A stretch of DNA of 63,995 bases, filler included, from Porpidia crustulata (taxonomy: Eukaryota): NCBI GenBank assembly GCA_964255105.1. It is 7 parts of 7 records of this genome, joined end to end, with 100 filler letters (N's around TTAATTAATTAA, not from the genome) between each part and the next. Parts side by side here need not be neighbours in the genome. Positions count along the whole stretch, not along the records: positions 9,218 to 18,334 come from CAXUWE010000995.1; positions 18,435 to 27,549 come from CAXUWE010000996.1; 5 more parts are not named here. One strand, written 5' to 3'. Each line of letters opens with the position of its first letter. The stretch's first letter is position 1. The position numbers and the translations under genes were made by a program. A model generated the notes under the pieces. It was given only the letters and a program-made list of their open reading frames with translations, searched no databases and was not told where the DNA came from. Of this stretch, positions 12,301 through 25,427 are shown piece by piece.

Positions 12301-13564
12301 TGCCAGCAGGTGTTCCAACATTGCGAATTTGCCGACCAGCAAAATATCGAATTTGCTTATGGATTGCCGCAAACGGCTGTCCTCGGACTGGACCGTAATG
12401 TTTAATAGCTTTCACACAAATATCTTCAAGATCGGTCAGTACTACATTCCCACCAATTTCAACATAATCATCTTTCAAAGAATATTGCCGTAATTCGGCA
12501 ATGTCTCCGACATAGACTGACGCAGTATAATGCATCCCTTTGAACTTGATTTCAATTTGTGTCTCGGTACTTCCTCCAATGACCTTGGCCGACGGATGTA
12601 CGCTTTTGATTTTGAGCAATTGCTCTAGTGTGACTGGTCTGTACCACTTCTTGCGTTTGTTCCCAAATGCCAAAGGCTTGAATTTGTGATTTCTGAGCGC
12701 AGGAGGAAATATCAGTTGCGTATCTGGATTATACTCGATGAAACCAGGAGGAGTAAAACGTTTGATAGGCTGGTCCTCCTTGTCTTCCTGAGAGCCTTTC
12801 ATACAACAGCCACTTCCTGAAGCACCATTGCCCTTTTCCATACAACAACCACCTCCCCCATTCGCTGTCGATTTACCGCAAGCCTTCTTTGCACTGAAAG
12901 ATTGAGCCGCGTCTAATATAGGCCGATAGCCTGTACATCGACAGAGGTTTCCATCAAAGGCTTCTTCGACATCTACTTCAGACGGGTTTGTATCGTTCCG
13001 CAATAACGCATACAGGCTCTGTTGTAAAGATAAGCTCGATCATCCTTTAGAATAGTCAATTTCATACCATTACTATTCCAGGTGTACAAAAACCGCATTG
13101 GCTACCGTTACTTTTTGCTATACGTTCTTGTGCTGGATGTGGGTTTTTGACATTGCCAATACCCTCCACCGTTATAACATGTTTCCCGTCAACACTTACT
13201 AAAGGAGCCAGACAGGCATTTACAGAGGCATGATAGATTTTGTTCGTTGTCGGGTTTAGCTGTGATACCACCTATATATGATCCCATTAGGACAGTTCGA
13301 GTCCGGTTCGCGATTGAATTGACTAACGACAGTGCAAGCTCCACATCCTCCTTCCGCACACCCAAGCTTGGTGCCGGTTAATCCAATGCCTCGAAGATAT
13401 TCAAGTAGCGTGATCTCAGGGTCAATGGACTCATCAAGTACAACTTTGGTACCATTGAGGTAAAAGCGAAGACCGGAGTCATCGAAAGACTCTGTGACAT
13501 TTTGTAAAGAGAATAGTGAAGATCGAGACACGGCTGGCTCAGGTTCTATAAGTCCAGGAGCCAT
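9319..13564 (-). CDS. hxA: Xanthine dehydrogenase (purine hydroxylase I), about 4 exons
   Basis: Fe-S motifs [26 protein letters not shown] and [15 protein letters not shown] domain [11 protein letters not shown]; Moco domain [21 protein letters not shown] and SRGVGEPPL. Confidence 0.97.
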
Positions 13565-13700
13565 TGGTAAGATTTGGGGTATGAGAGAGATATTTGTATA
13601 CTAAAATCTGGAACAACTAGAGCTCCCACAGCGACAATTCTCGCTCACAAATAACGCACTATCATGAAATTTCTATATTGTTTTACTAGATGAAAGAAGA

Positions 13701-13757
13701 TTATCGAAAGAGAGGATCTCATGGTTTTATTTGCTTCTTATCATCGGAGTACGCCGC
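13701..13757. promoter_or_regulatory. Putative UaY-type Zn2Cys6 site (TCGG-N6-CCGC, 13744-13757) next to GATA (AreA-type) sites upstream of hxA
   Basis: TTATC at 13701-13705 and TTATCA at 13738-13743, the latter abutting tcgg-agtacg-ccgc. The A. nidulans UaY consensus is TCGG-N6-CCGA. Confidence 0.55.
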
Positions 13758-13992
13758 TCGAAGATCGTGCAAGCGCTAGCCACTATTTCTCAATGTCAAC
13801 TTGGCACAAGTGATTCAGGTTTGTCTCCGACCAATAATGGCCTTAGTGACGAAGTGTTCGATAATTCTCTTAGGAACGATATACACTAGACAGATGTATA
13901 CGAAGCCGAGAAGATTGAGATGCCAGACTTGAGACGCGACTTATCAAGGTTACATACTCATTCTCACCCCTCGACCGAACAACTAGTAAATA

Positions 13993-14007
13993 TAACCCTA
14001 ACCCTAA
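13993..14007. promoter_or_regulatory. Telobox (TAACCCTAACCCTAA), probable Tbf1-like site upstream of a ribosomal-protein gene
   Basis: 2.5 telomeric repeats about 110 bp upstream of the RSM7 ATG. Confidence 0.5.
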
Positions 14008-14115
14008 GCCTGCTGTTCCGTTGAGGGATGAGAACGAGTAACCAAGCGCGCTAAGCGAGCGAGGCCATTCTCGAATGTCGAGAGCTTCAAAATTGTTGAC
14101 AGTTCATAAATCACA

Positions 14116-15254
14116 ATGCGTCCCCGATTACAATTCTTCCGATCGGCTCAAACTTGTTCCTCTCGGCTTCTATGGCGGACTTTGTCTCCCCACCAGGCTC
14201 CTCTATCCCTTCGTGTGGTGCAGCAACGGTCCATCACTGCCGACGAAAAACCCCTACCCGAAGCCGAACAGCCAGGACCAGGGCCAAACCAGGAACAACT
14301 TCCACATGTCAGCGAAGAAGCAGCAGCTACGGGGAAAATTACGGGTGAAGGTGGACCGGAATTGAGCCAAGGGACTCCTGTGCAGGAGGTATGCGATGAT
14401 TCCTAACATCAGGTCTGAGAGCGGCGGACTGATGCCCCATGTGCAGATTCTGCAACGAGACAAGGACAGTCAGAAGAAGGCGCCAAAGGTCATGCAAGAA
14501 GAAATGAAGCAATCCTCTCCATCCGGAACTCGATCATTCTCCACTTCAGCAAGACGGCCTGCAGATGCTTTGGCCAACCCACAGTGTTTGGGAATGCAAG
14601 AGGGAACAGAGGACCTCGATCTGCCTGAGCTACCTTTACCAAGCAACGCACACATGAAATACCGCTACGACCCCGTGATCAAACAAGTCACGAACCTGCT
14701 GATGAGAGAAGGCAAACTGAGTGTCGCTCAGAGGGTAGGCCCGTCAGTTCCTCGGCTTCTCGCTCGCCAATTGAACGCTACAATCGCCAACCAATCTATC
14801 GCTAACGCTCAAGTGACAGAACATGGCAATGATTCTCACGCATCTCCAAACAGCGTCACCGCCCGCCGTCAATCCCGATCGGCCTCTCATCATCGGCGCC
14901 CCTCCTGCGTCTCATCTTCCCCTCAACCCTATCCTCTATCTCACCCTCGCGATTGATTCAGTGGCGCCGCTCCTTCGTATACGATCCCAAAGAGGAGCCG
15001 CAGGTGGTGGGATCGCTTTGCAGATCCCAGTGCCTCTGGGGGTGAGGCAGCGAAGACGTCAAGCTGTGCAGTGGATTCTCGACGCGGCCAGCAAACGGAA
15101 AACGCGAGGCAGTGGGAGAGGCCAATTTGCTCAAAAAGTAGCGGAGGAATTGATTGCTATCGTTGAAGGGAGAAGTGGTGTATGGGATAAGAGGGGCGGG
15201 GTTCACAAACTTGGAGTCAGCGCTCGAGCTAATATGTCATTTCGGCGGCGATGA
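14116..15254 (+). CDS. RSM7: Mitochondrial small-subunit ribosomal protein uS7m, 3 exons
   Basis: R/S-rich targeting peptide; RYDPVIKQVTNLLMREGKLSVAQR; AIDSVAPL; PVPLGVRQRRRQAVQWI; VWDKRGGVHK. Introns 14389-14446 and 14735-14819. Confidence 0.92.
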
Positions 15255-15720
15255 AGCGGACTGTAGATATTACGAGCTATTTGTGCATACAAAGTCATCC
15301 AACGAACCACACATGGTGTCTTAGAAGTTGCGCAGGCTTACAAAACCCCGGCACGATCAGACGCAACCTTGAGCTCTTCTACCCATGACGATTCCATTCC
15401 ATTCGCAATTCTACCACCCAACTAACTTCACCATTCACACAAAACCACCGGCAACTCACCACGCATCCCTCCGCCCACGCATCCCCGCTACTCCCCCAAC
15501 CCTCATCTCTTATAACTAGCTATACTGACGAACATTTTCAGTTCGAAGTTAGCTATCGTCGTACGTTCTCCGCACCACCCAAAAGGGGGTTTCCATGAAC
15601 AATACTGGGGCTGTATGGTGGACGAAGGACTTTCGCCGTAGGTAGCGCGGTCTTCAGAGAGCTTGAGGGTCTCACTGGGGTATGATTGGTATTATATGGC
15701 TTTCATGTTGGCTAGGAGTG

Positions 15721-15780
15721 ATTGCTGTTATTTACTTTGCATTGCTGTTATTTACTTTGCATTGCAGTGTGTTACTTTGC
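15721..15780. repeat. 20-bp tandem repeat, 3 copies
   Basis: attgctgttatttactttgc twice, then attgcagtgtgttactttgc. Confidence 0.85.
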
Positions 15781-16599
15781 GTGCAGCTATATCACCTTTG
15801 AGGGACTTAGTCTTGCGGTCACTGTCTACATACATACGCGTCAAATGATTCTATTCTATTTCTCGCATTCTAGGAAGTTGCAACTGGATATTGCCATCTT
15901 TAGGTAGTGGGTACAATTGATGTAAGCTTGAATTGTATTCAGCCATTCGTAAATATGATTCGTGAAGCCGTAGTTTTGGATTGGATGTTGAACAGAGACA
16001 ATGAAGCCCTACAGAACCAGCCACAACAGATATTGCCCATAAAAATGTGAAAGAAAGTTGGGAGGAGCAACCGTGCGGTCAAGGTGGCTTTGAGTAATTT
16101 TGCTTGGCTTTCTCGGTTAGCCCTAGGGGCCCCAGTTGCCTTGAAACAGCTGGAAGGAGGCCCCCATAAAGAGAATATCGATAATTTAGGCTCGGCCCGC
16201 TATCTTATGCTGGGGGTATGTAGCTGATTATTTTATACGACCATCGATATGATATAATTATTTACTTGGAGAACATTCTTCCTCGAACTACGATCAGTTT
16301 CCGTTTATCTCTAAAAAGCTCACGTCTAGTCATGATGTCATATGTCTCCGAAGCGTGTGATATGGCCAGTGCATACTAGGAATGTTTGGAAGTCATCAAC
16401 CTACCTGAAAGGGCAAACAAGAGGCTCAGAAATTTCTAGATCATTCAGCTGTATTCTTCAAGCCTAAAGACGCCAAACAATAAGTCTTGATTGTGGAGAA
16501 GACTGTATTTCTCTGACCGTAGATATTTGACTCTCCTTACAACGACCCTTCAAGTCTGCAGGTTGAAAGAAATAGGATTTCTTACCTGGGTTTTTCGCA

Positions 16600-18334
16600 A
16601 TGTCTCTTGAGAAGGCGCTGGATGATGAGCGACGGCATGTGATAAATGTCCTGGAGGGTCGCTCCGAGCAAAACACAGATTCAGCTCTGCCGGAGGCCAG
16701 AAGAATGCTTGATACTCATAGTCCATCATCTGTTCCTTCACCAGCTACTACTGCAGAAGTATCTAACCCTCATCCTGACTCAGCAGATGTGTCTACACCT
16801 TCAATCGCTCGGCGCTTGTCAAATACAAGTAGCTCAGCTTTGAAGCCAAGTCCTCGTAAGCAGACTACGTCCAAAACCTTTCACAAGCCGGGATTCGATG
16901 CACCAACTCGTACTGGGCGCGATTTAGAGAAGGAAGGTGTAAACCCAACTATTGATTATGACTTTAGTATGGAGCCGAGCATACAAGGCTCGGCTTCGCA
17001 AAGACGACCTTCTCAAGATGGAAAGAAGTCATTGGGGATGAAATCTATGGCAGCAATCATGCAGGGGCAGCGACTTTCGCCGTCGCCGGTTGGCGTAGTC
17101 GGAAGGAGACATGATTCGACCTCTAGTGTCCTTTCAGGAAAATCCAATTCACCAGCTTCTCAACGGAGTAATAGATCCGCATCGCCGGGAAAGGGTCTTC
17201 TGTTGAGCCCCGGAAAGTCATCAAGCCGTAATGGTAGGTCTGTCGATCCAAATGATGTACCCTGTAAGTTATCCGATGCAACGAGTCTCAGCTCTGTGGG
17301 AGATCAAGCGGGCTTGGTTAGTGGTGAATCTAGGATGCAAGAAGACAGCTACCCAGATGAACAAGCTGGGGAGAATATCGAATCCAGCGATGATGAACGT
17401 TATGGTGAAAATTCTGCTGATGATGCCCTTGAGTCTGATGGTGCCCGAGGAAGAAGGCGAGATAGACGAAGAAAGGGTTCAGCGGAAGACGATGTGAACA
17501 CAGATGGAAGTGAGGCGGACAATATAGACATTAAAAAAGGGCCCATGGCCTCAAAGTATAAGGTCAAATCATTGTTAGAGCCCACCGTCACAGTCACCGG
17601 TCCAAGGGGCGAGCGTCTCACGGTCAGAAAATCCGGGGTACACCCCAATACTAATTACGACCAATCTGCCAGCAGGAATGCAAGTCCCACGACCTCGGAT
17701 TCAGATGACCTGAATGATATCCGACGCGCACAAAGAATGCAGATCAACTCATCCCCAGTTGACACTTCCATCCCTCACCGTGTCATCCGAACCATAATCC
17801 GCGGAGACTTTGCCAAAATGCAGGAAGAAGCCGAGGAAGGCTCAAGGCGATTACGAACCTACCTCGTAGCCACCGACTTGAGTGATGAAGCCGCCTACGC
17901 CCTCGAATGGACCATCGGCACCGTCCTGCGTGATGGAGATACCCTCCTCGCGGTCTACGCCGTCGACGAAGAAATCGGCACCGGCAAGACGTCAGACACT
18001 GACGGCCTCCCAATCGGTGAGGGCGCCAAGGCCATGCGAGACACGACCGCCCTTGTGGAAAAAATGACCACGTCCGCTTCAAACGCCCAGCTCTCCGCTG
18101 TACCGTCGCCACTCTCGAACCCGGTCCTGCTGCCCGGATCCGGCCGGGGCAGCGGGGCTGGCTCGGCCGACTCGCGATACCAGTCCAAGGCGGAGCAGGA
18201 GCGCTCGCACGCCATCGAAGGCATCTCGCAGACGTGCATCAAATTTCTCCGCAAAACCAAACTCCAGGTCCGCATCGCCGTCGAAGTTATCCACTGCAAA
18301 TCCCCCAAATACATGATCACCGAAGCCGTATGCC
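16600..18334 (+). CDS. Universal stress protein (USP) domain protein with long disordered N-terminus; 3' truncated by contig end
   Basis: RTYLVATDLSDEAAYALEWTIGTVLRDGDTL ... LRKTKLQVRIAVEVIHCKSPKYMITE. Confidence 0.9.
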
Positions 18335-18434
18335 NNNNNNNNNNNNNNNNNNNNNNNNNNNNNNNNNNNNNNNNNNNNTTAATTAATTAANNNNNNNNNN
18401 NNNNNNNNNNNNNNNNNNNNNNNNNNNNNNNNNN
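18335..18434. other. Artificial contig spacer
   Basis: N44-TTAATTAATTAA-N44. Confidence 0.98.
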
Positions 18435-18493
18435 AACGCGATTTTTCGTGATTTTCGCGTTTTTGCCGAAGACTTATGCACACTAACTGCGTA
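18435..18493 (-). mobile_element. Possible Tc1/mariner-type transposon terminus at contig edge
   Basis: Reverse complement reads TA-CGCAGTTAGTGTGCATAAGTC, resembling the CAGT..TGCA.TAAGT TIR style. Only one end is visible. Confidence 0.25.
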
Positions 18494-19263
18494 CCCTTGC
18501 TAGCTTGGATTTATAGACCCGTAGGTTAGATCATGTATCAGCACTCAACTTGGCTCGCATGGCTACAACTGACGGCAACAGTCATGTTTCGAGTTCCGCA
18601 TACTTCGCTATAACAGCAAGCAGTCGATGCGAATTGCTAGTATAATTCAGAATTGCTTGGCTGCCTAGCGATCCAAACCGGTTACTGAAACTGCAGAGAT
18701 ATGCAAGATACTGTACGAGCATGCGGCTGGCGATTCATTCTAGTAGACTACAGTATATAGGCCGAAACAAATGTCTCCAAACCCTGGTTGTTGCGCCTAT
18801 AGGCACTGATATTTACCGCATGTTACAAGCGACAACCAGCGCATATCCAAATCTAAGATACAACTGGGCTGGACGACGCGGCAATCTCAAAGTCTTTGAC
18901 TGGCATTTTTCTGCCACATTTTCTGAGCTTTGGTCATATTGAGGAAGCCCTTGCACGGACATCTCGGCAATCATGACAAAAGTACAATGGGAGCTTTAGA
19001 CACCATCGCCTCTCGAGGATTGGCCGGGAGATCTTCATTATTACTGTGATCTGCTTCCTTAAAGCCCCGATTTCCAAGCAAGCCTTTGATCCGTCTAGGC
19101 ACATGCTAGGGATAACACATGGGGTCCTATCAGCCAAATACCGCTTGTAGAGTCTCACCTATGTGTCTGTCTTTACGACGACAATATCGTTCTCCAGCTT
19201 ACACCAGAGGCTTGTACACCCGTCATTTCTCTCGTATTCATTCCTCTCGTATAAGTTTGCTTT

Positions 19264-20150
19264 TCAGTCGACTTCATAGCTGCAGATCGCCATGTGACCT
19301 TCAATGCAAGCCTCATCATCTAAGATGGCATTATGAATTTTTCCGTAAGCCATGCGGATGACCCTGTTGGACGGAACTACTTGGTGGCAATTGATAGAGG
19401 ACCTCCCCACAGTCTGAGCTGTTCCTTGGAATGTACAAGACCAGAATTTTTGGTCAATATGCCCGGAATCTTGCTGGCTCCTAACGCATGATTTGCAATG
19501 AAGTCCGTGGACGAGCTTTCTGGTCTTGCCCTCGAGACGCACTCAAGCAAAAATTGAAAATGCCGTATAACAAAGCAGATCTCCAATCTCTGATTATATA
19601 ATGTTCAAGTCATTACAGCACAGCCGCTGTCACTCGACTGAACAATCGCTACCTCATGTAGCAGCGACTACGGATCCAGTTTTTGTCATCTTCGCCTCCG
19701 GGTCTTAAGATTGTCACGCGTCCTCTAGTAATATTGTCAGAAATATCAGAGCGAATTCATTAACTTGGGCCCTCTAAAAATTTGTTTGCTATTGCTAAGA
19801 TCGCAAGCAGAGTTTTGGTGTGGTTCTCGGCGCAGTATGCGCAGCACTGTTGAGACTTGATGAGGAAAACTAAGCCTTCAACTCGACCGCAGAAGGAACA
19901 TTTTGGATTGCGCAGAGTTCGGTCGATACTTTTCAACAAATTATCCTCTATCCGCCACTTACATAACGCAGCCATCACTTCGGGGACCTGTGGTACCGCT
20001 CTTCTGTATCGAGGTGCCAAATTAACGACGTTGCGGGCAGAATGCTAAGCCATCCTGCAATTCCGTATATCAAGACATGACAAAGTCTTCAGAATACCTA
20101 TCACCACTTCTGTTGGTAGACAACCCAACGTACCGAGAGACGAGCAAGTT
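19264..20150 (-). pseudogene. Decayed F-box protein gene with Cys-rich region
   Basis: SSLGTLGCLPTEVVIGILKTLSCLDIRNCRMA*HSARNVVNLAPRYRRAV...KCSFCG...QQCCAYC; internal stop; end coordinates approximate. Confidence 0.6.
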
Positions 20151-22282
20151 CAAGGCTCTATCGGGGGAGGTCCCAGACTTCGAGGACAGTTTATTCCGCC
20201 AACTTTGGAGAGGCCTTCAGAAGGTTTGGAGATCTTGAGACAATCCGCTGGCGGTGTCTGGGAGAGATATTCCACTATCTGTACATTGATGGGTTCATCA
20301 ATTGTATGACTGCCTCAACTTTTCGAAACGAGAATGAAGTAGCTGCCGAATATGATATTTCCCTTGCTCTACCGAGTCTATGGCTATCGTCCCAGAAGAT
20401 CTATGCCGCTTGTATCCGCGTTCTTCGAATACTAAATGCTAATGTTTGAAGAGGCGTAGCACTTGTATCAATGAAGAAAAAGCTAGAAGACTAAAATCTC
20501 CCAGTAATAGGAACACAGATCACGTTACATGATGCCGAAGGCAATTCGGCGTTGAGCATTACTATTTTCTAGGTGATCACTTACAATTTACTTGCGTGTG
20601 GATAACGATAGCAAACCATCTGTGAGGTATCATCGACGACGTCATCAAAGCCCGTAGTCTGATACTGCCGAAAAGACTCTAAGCATATGGCAAATATTAC
20701 CCAGAAGCTGCCGGAGCTTATTTCCAGTCTCTTTTTATTATCTATTTCATTAGATGTCTAGAGTTCAGTTAAATCCGTCAAATTATCAAGGTCTTAAATC
20801 TTTAGCATACAATTAAATTTCTTTGCTCAAATCTTCCAACAATATAAAAGTAAAGATACTTCTCAAAGAATGATACACTTAAGTAGATAGAGCGACAGCA
20901 GTCCATAGACCTTAGAAAGGTGTCGATATGGCAGAAATATAACAATTGTGAATCATTGTCCTACGCGGGGTTTTTCCTGCACTGATATGATAGAAATATC
21001 TCAAGCTTTGATAAACAGAGCTACTGCTCAAGACGTTTAGGAGCAAGGATTCAAGAATCGTGTACGAGTTCATTCTTCTATAACTCTGAATTCACAATAT
21101 TAATCACATTTATCCTTTCAATTATTTCTATATCTTTCTTATGACGGGAATATCATCATCTCTACTGCGTAAGACGCAAGCAAGTCAAATCTCTTTCAAC
21201 AGAAATCACACCTCCAATCCTTTGCCTCCATATAATTATTCCCCGCAAATTGCTCTCAACCATTCGCCGCTACACTCGAGGACAAGTCTCCGGGGCCGAA
21301 CAAAAACAGAAGAATTAGCCCCTGAGCAAGCCAGCTTTCATACACCCATATCAATGCTCTAAGAAATACTTGCCATGTACGCAAACCGTGCAGACCTCCT
21401 ATCTGCCGACCATCTATCTCAGCTCCGCGCTCCAAACTCAACAATCAATCTCCCAAATCGCCAACTCCCCAAAATCCCCTCAGACAGCACCTTCACCCAG
21501 CCAGCCCGCGAAAACGTCCTTGCCGCTCCATATCTTCAATCCCACAATCACAAGATCAGCCAAAAACGCTAATTGTCCACGGAAACCACGCTTTTTCCAA
21601 CCTGCCGATCTCAAGAAATCCGATAGCTTCATTGCCCTCCGCAGTCTTGTCGCTCAAACCCAGCTATCTACTCCTGTCTTGTTCCCCAATACCCCCCCCT
21701 TAAAGCTTCCCCCCACACACACACTAGCGTATACATTCCACCTGGACGACAATTAATACATCTATGAAATATCTATGCTGATATATACGTTCTCTCGGAA
21801 CCTTCTGTGAAATTTTTTCAAAACCGCGCAGTCTTCCATGATCCTAGCAGCGGAGGGAGAAAATGTGAGAATAGGTACCTGTTAGCTCGATGTCAGTACC
21901 AAAGCCAGAGTTTCGTTATTTTCTCTGTATACAGAACATTTGAAAAGAATGATACGAGACCCTTGATGCATTGATATTGATGCTACGAAGAGGTTGAGGG
22001 TAGGCTTATATGTGCTACGTTACGGAGCATTAAGGGGGCTTTGATGTTGGCGTACGAGAGGAGGAAAGGCAGGGTTAGCGGTTCAACTATTACAAGTGCG
22101 TATGCGCGGTACTTGAGAAGGGCCAGGAAAAACTATGGTAGGGAAGTGCTAAGCAAATGTATCTCGTTTTCGAGCTACAAGAGTCTTAGGTCTTTAGTGA
22201 CCGTCTATGACCAACGCACTGACCAAGCAAAATGGTATGATGCGCGCCTCCTCTAGCCAATTCTTTCCATTCTCATTTTCCT

Positions 22283-25049
22283 TCAGTGATCCGGCTCAAA
22301 AAAATCAACAGCTGCATTACTTTCCCTTACACCCAGTCCACGCGGCGAACAATAGACATGAACCGCATCTTCCTACGCACCCAGTCTCCGCAGAAATTCG
22401 CTCTTCTAATTGAGTCTCAAAGATAGACCGATACGTCTTCTGAAGCATTCAAAGATGCAGACCGTTCATGTTGCGCACGGCGTGAAGCTCGGACGGAGCT
22501 GCGCTACCAAACGTCAGTCATTCGGGGTCGGAAGCCTTTACAGCCTCAATGTATGAGGGGTGGTAGCTTCGATGCCGTTGGAGGTGATCTCAGGAAATTC
22601 CAGGGATCGTGTTGCTTGAGAGTCATATCTTTTTACGAACTGCACAAGGACCATGAGAGCCTACTTATTTTCTAGTTGACCCTGGGCGTCAAAGTATCGA
22701 CGATGCGACATGTTGCGCCATGGCTTTAATTTCAGACACATAGAGCTAGTTTGCGTTTCGGTTGGCCTGCCAATCCTGAACGCGAGCATCGCACTCCTCC
22801 TGGATTTCCTGTAGCACTGGCTTGCCTTCTGGTAGGCCTATAATCTTGATACCTTAGCGTTGGACATGGCGGATTCTGCGGCCCGCATTGTGGTTAAATT
22901 CGGCCACACTGCCATTCGGATCGACGCGTTCCTCCGCAGTACAAGCGAGTGTTTTCCAGCCAAAAATTACTGCAAGATTTCCTTCATCTGGCTTCCCACG
23001 AGGACCCATACAGGCCTCAAATACTTTTCCTTTTTCAACCATATGAGAAATGCAGTAGTAACCACAGCGTACTAAATTGGGTCACAGAGAGGGTTTCTTG
23101 CAAATATGGCATAGGCATCCGTTGATTTGTAAGGAATGGCCACTTCAGTCTCCATGTGACGCCATAGTTTGTATCGATCATCGATCCACGATGCGTTCAT
23201 TGCGTTACTATGAATGGCAATCAAACTCTTTGACGGCTGTAAATGGTCTTGGCTGTCGGCCGACCTTCCATACCCCTACGGTGGATTGGCTGTGCTATCA
23301 TAACTATTGCGAAGGTCAGGGCCTGATGGCTAAGCCGAAAATCTTTTGGAATCTCGAGGATAAGGAGACGCCAGTCAAATGATTCCTAGCATGAGCATGG
23401 GCATAACAAGTCTTTCCAGTCCAATTCCAGCACCTGCGTGGGTTGGAGTGCCTACTTGGAGCCCTTCCATGTAGTCCACGATTGTGCAATTCCTAGCGCG
23501 AGCATCTTTTCCTCAAGCAGCTTTGAATCGTGGATCCTCTGATCGTTTGTCGGTATTTCTTGATCACGCAAAAAGATATCGAATGGGTTACTGACTCCAT
23601 CGTCTTTAGGGTCATGCATAGTGTAACCAATCTCGGTGACGCCGAGAGCTTGCCAAGTGTATAATAGTCGGCTCTGTATTTCTTCTTGATCACCTCGCCC
23701 AACCGGATCTCATCTCTCACGGGCAAATCGCTCCTTTTCGAGGGTGGATTGCCGTATTCATCCGGCCATCCAGACTCCCATGGCATTGGGACCCCGTCGA
23801 CAAACGATATCTTTGATGTTTCCAACTTGAATCAAAATAGATCATCATCGGGATAACGTTGCCTGACGATCTGCACTTCGCGACCGAAGCGATCGTAGAT
23901 ACACTGGAATGCGTGTTTAGAAGTTGCATCAATCAGTTGTGACGCTTCATGATCGTGTTCCTCGATTAACATTTCCAAAATGAATCCAGTGTACTCTGTA
24001 GAATGCCGATGAGTGTTATTATTCCTGCACGAAAAATGGGGTTAATAAATCGACACTTTCGAAATCTGTAGCGATGCACATTTGTTTTGCTAGTTGCAGG
24101 CTTGGAGCGAGAAAACCAGGTCGCTCAAAGTCATCACGCAGTAGAACGCTTGAGCCGGACTCAATGGCTCTAGCCTGCAAGTATGGGATAGAGTTCCACG
24201 AAGTCATTAAAGGTCAAATACGAGCGAAAGAGGCTACACACGTCAAAGTTGATGGGGAACACAGCTTGCGGAACGAGAATCCTCAGATCAACCATGCAAT
24301 CTGACAGTGTCACTTGTTCTGATATCTTCTCCTTTGATATCTCAGCTTCGTATGGAATGAAGCGGATCGATTTCTCTTTCCTCTTGATTACATTGATACC
24401 TCGAATCAATATTTCTAGACTGTGGATAGAGCAGCCTCCGATGGGCACACCTCCATACTGTGAGGTGCCTTTCGTATTGACGATGAAACCTGTTGATATA
24501 CACTCTACTGACTGAAGATGAGCCCAGCGCTAAGCTTGCGAGTAGCGTGGACGGAGGCTCGAAGCGTGATTGACGGACCAGAGTCCCAGTCCAAGATAGA
24601 CTAGATGCATCAATGATCTTCCATGCTCAACCCTGAATTCCTCGACTGGATAAGCGATAGACTTCTATATCGCCTACGGAGTTATATGGCTATATGCTTA
24701 TCCTTCTCCTCCACCGTGATACAGGCTTATTCTACTTCTCGTTTCGTCTGATTCGGGCTGCATGACTGTTCTCCGTGGCAACTATCTTCTGCTGGATCTT
24801 ACTCAGTAGATTGGAGCGGTCGATAATTACTTCGGCGTTTTTGACATTGGAGTGGACTCGTAGGTTAAAAAGGTGCTCGCGTAATGATGACGTAGCTTCC
24901 TTATTCTTGCCGTCTTCGCTCCAGCCTGTCGGCAGATGTTGCTCTTTCTGTTCAGGGCTAAGCGACTTATCTTTTTGGCAAGCCGTTCCCCATCTATACA
25001 ACAACTGCTTTAGATTCAAATCGTGCTCTCGGCAATTATATGCTGACAT
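22283..25049 (-). pseudogene. erdS: Ergosteryl-3beta-O-aspartate synthase pseudogene (AspRS fused to DUF2156 transferase)
   Basis: Frameshifted AspRS motifs: ITLRASVHATRKLSAGLIF (OB fold), FLAPSLQLAKQMCIATDFE, RDEIRLGEVIKKKY, NPFDIFLRDQEI..QRIHD, PTHAGAGIGLERLVM, PRDSK. These continue into DUF2156-type text: NASWIDDRYKLWRH, NPLCDP, GWKTLACTAEERVDP, PWRNMSHRRYF, LTFGS, ending AVDFFEPDH*. Many stops and indels. Confidence 0.88.
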
Positions 25050-25427
25050 TTACGGGCCGAATACTTTCGTGGCGAGCAATTGTCATTGGCATTGACTCTC
25101 ACAGATCTTATTCGACTTGAAAAACGGTCAGAAGCCTCAAGATAGAATGACGCTCTGGCTTCCGTCAAGTAAAGTGTCAACCCACGGGAAATAAGGTAGT
25201 AAGCTTCTCTGACCACAGTACACTTGTCATTAGTATCCGGGATTGTAGATCACAGATGTTAATCTGTCCAACACATCTAGGCTACCTCGAAGAAGCTCAA
25301 ACTCATAGTCCTATACGTTCACTTCAAGAGAAAAGAGTATTGGGATTCAGATAAAGACACCGGGATAGCTCATCCTCTGGGCCTGCATTCCACATCGTTT
25401 TCTACACGACCAAGGTCCCGATATAAT

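Noticed and set aside
13993..14007. Telomerase RNA template or chromosome end (also 61277-61290)
   Set aside because: Only 2-2.5 internal repeats, and a long TER transcript would overlap conserved coding genes. Promoter teloboxes are the simpler explanation.
15721..15780. CRISPR-like array
   Set aside because: Contiguous tandem units with no spacers, no cas genes, and a eukaryotic context.
16550..21615. Peptide FFQPADLK appearing in two ORFs (about 16560 minus, about 21600 plus)
   Set aside because: Short match between probably non-coding frames on different contigs with no flanking similarity; treated as chance.
23300..24600. Essential cytosolic AspRS (DPS1) disrupted
   Set aside because: The relic continues about 1 kb past the AspRS C-terminal PRD motif into a DUF2156-like domain and faces an erdH-like gene, which fits the dispensable ErdS.
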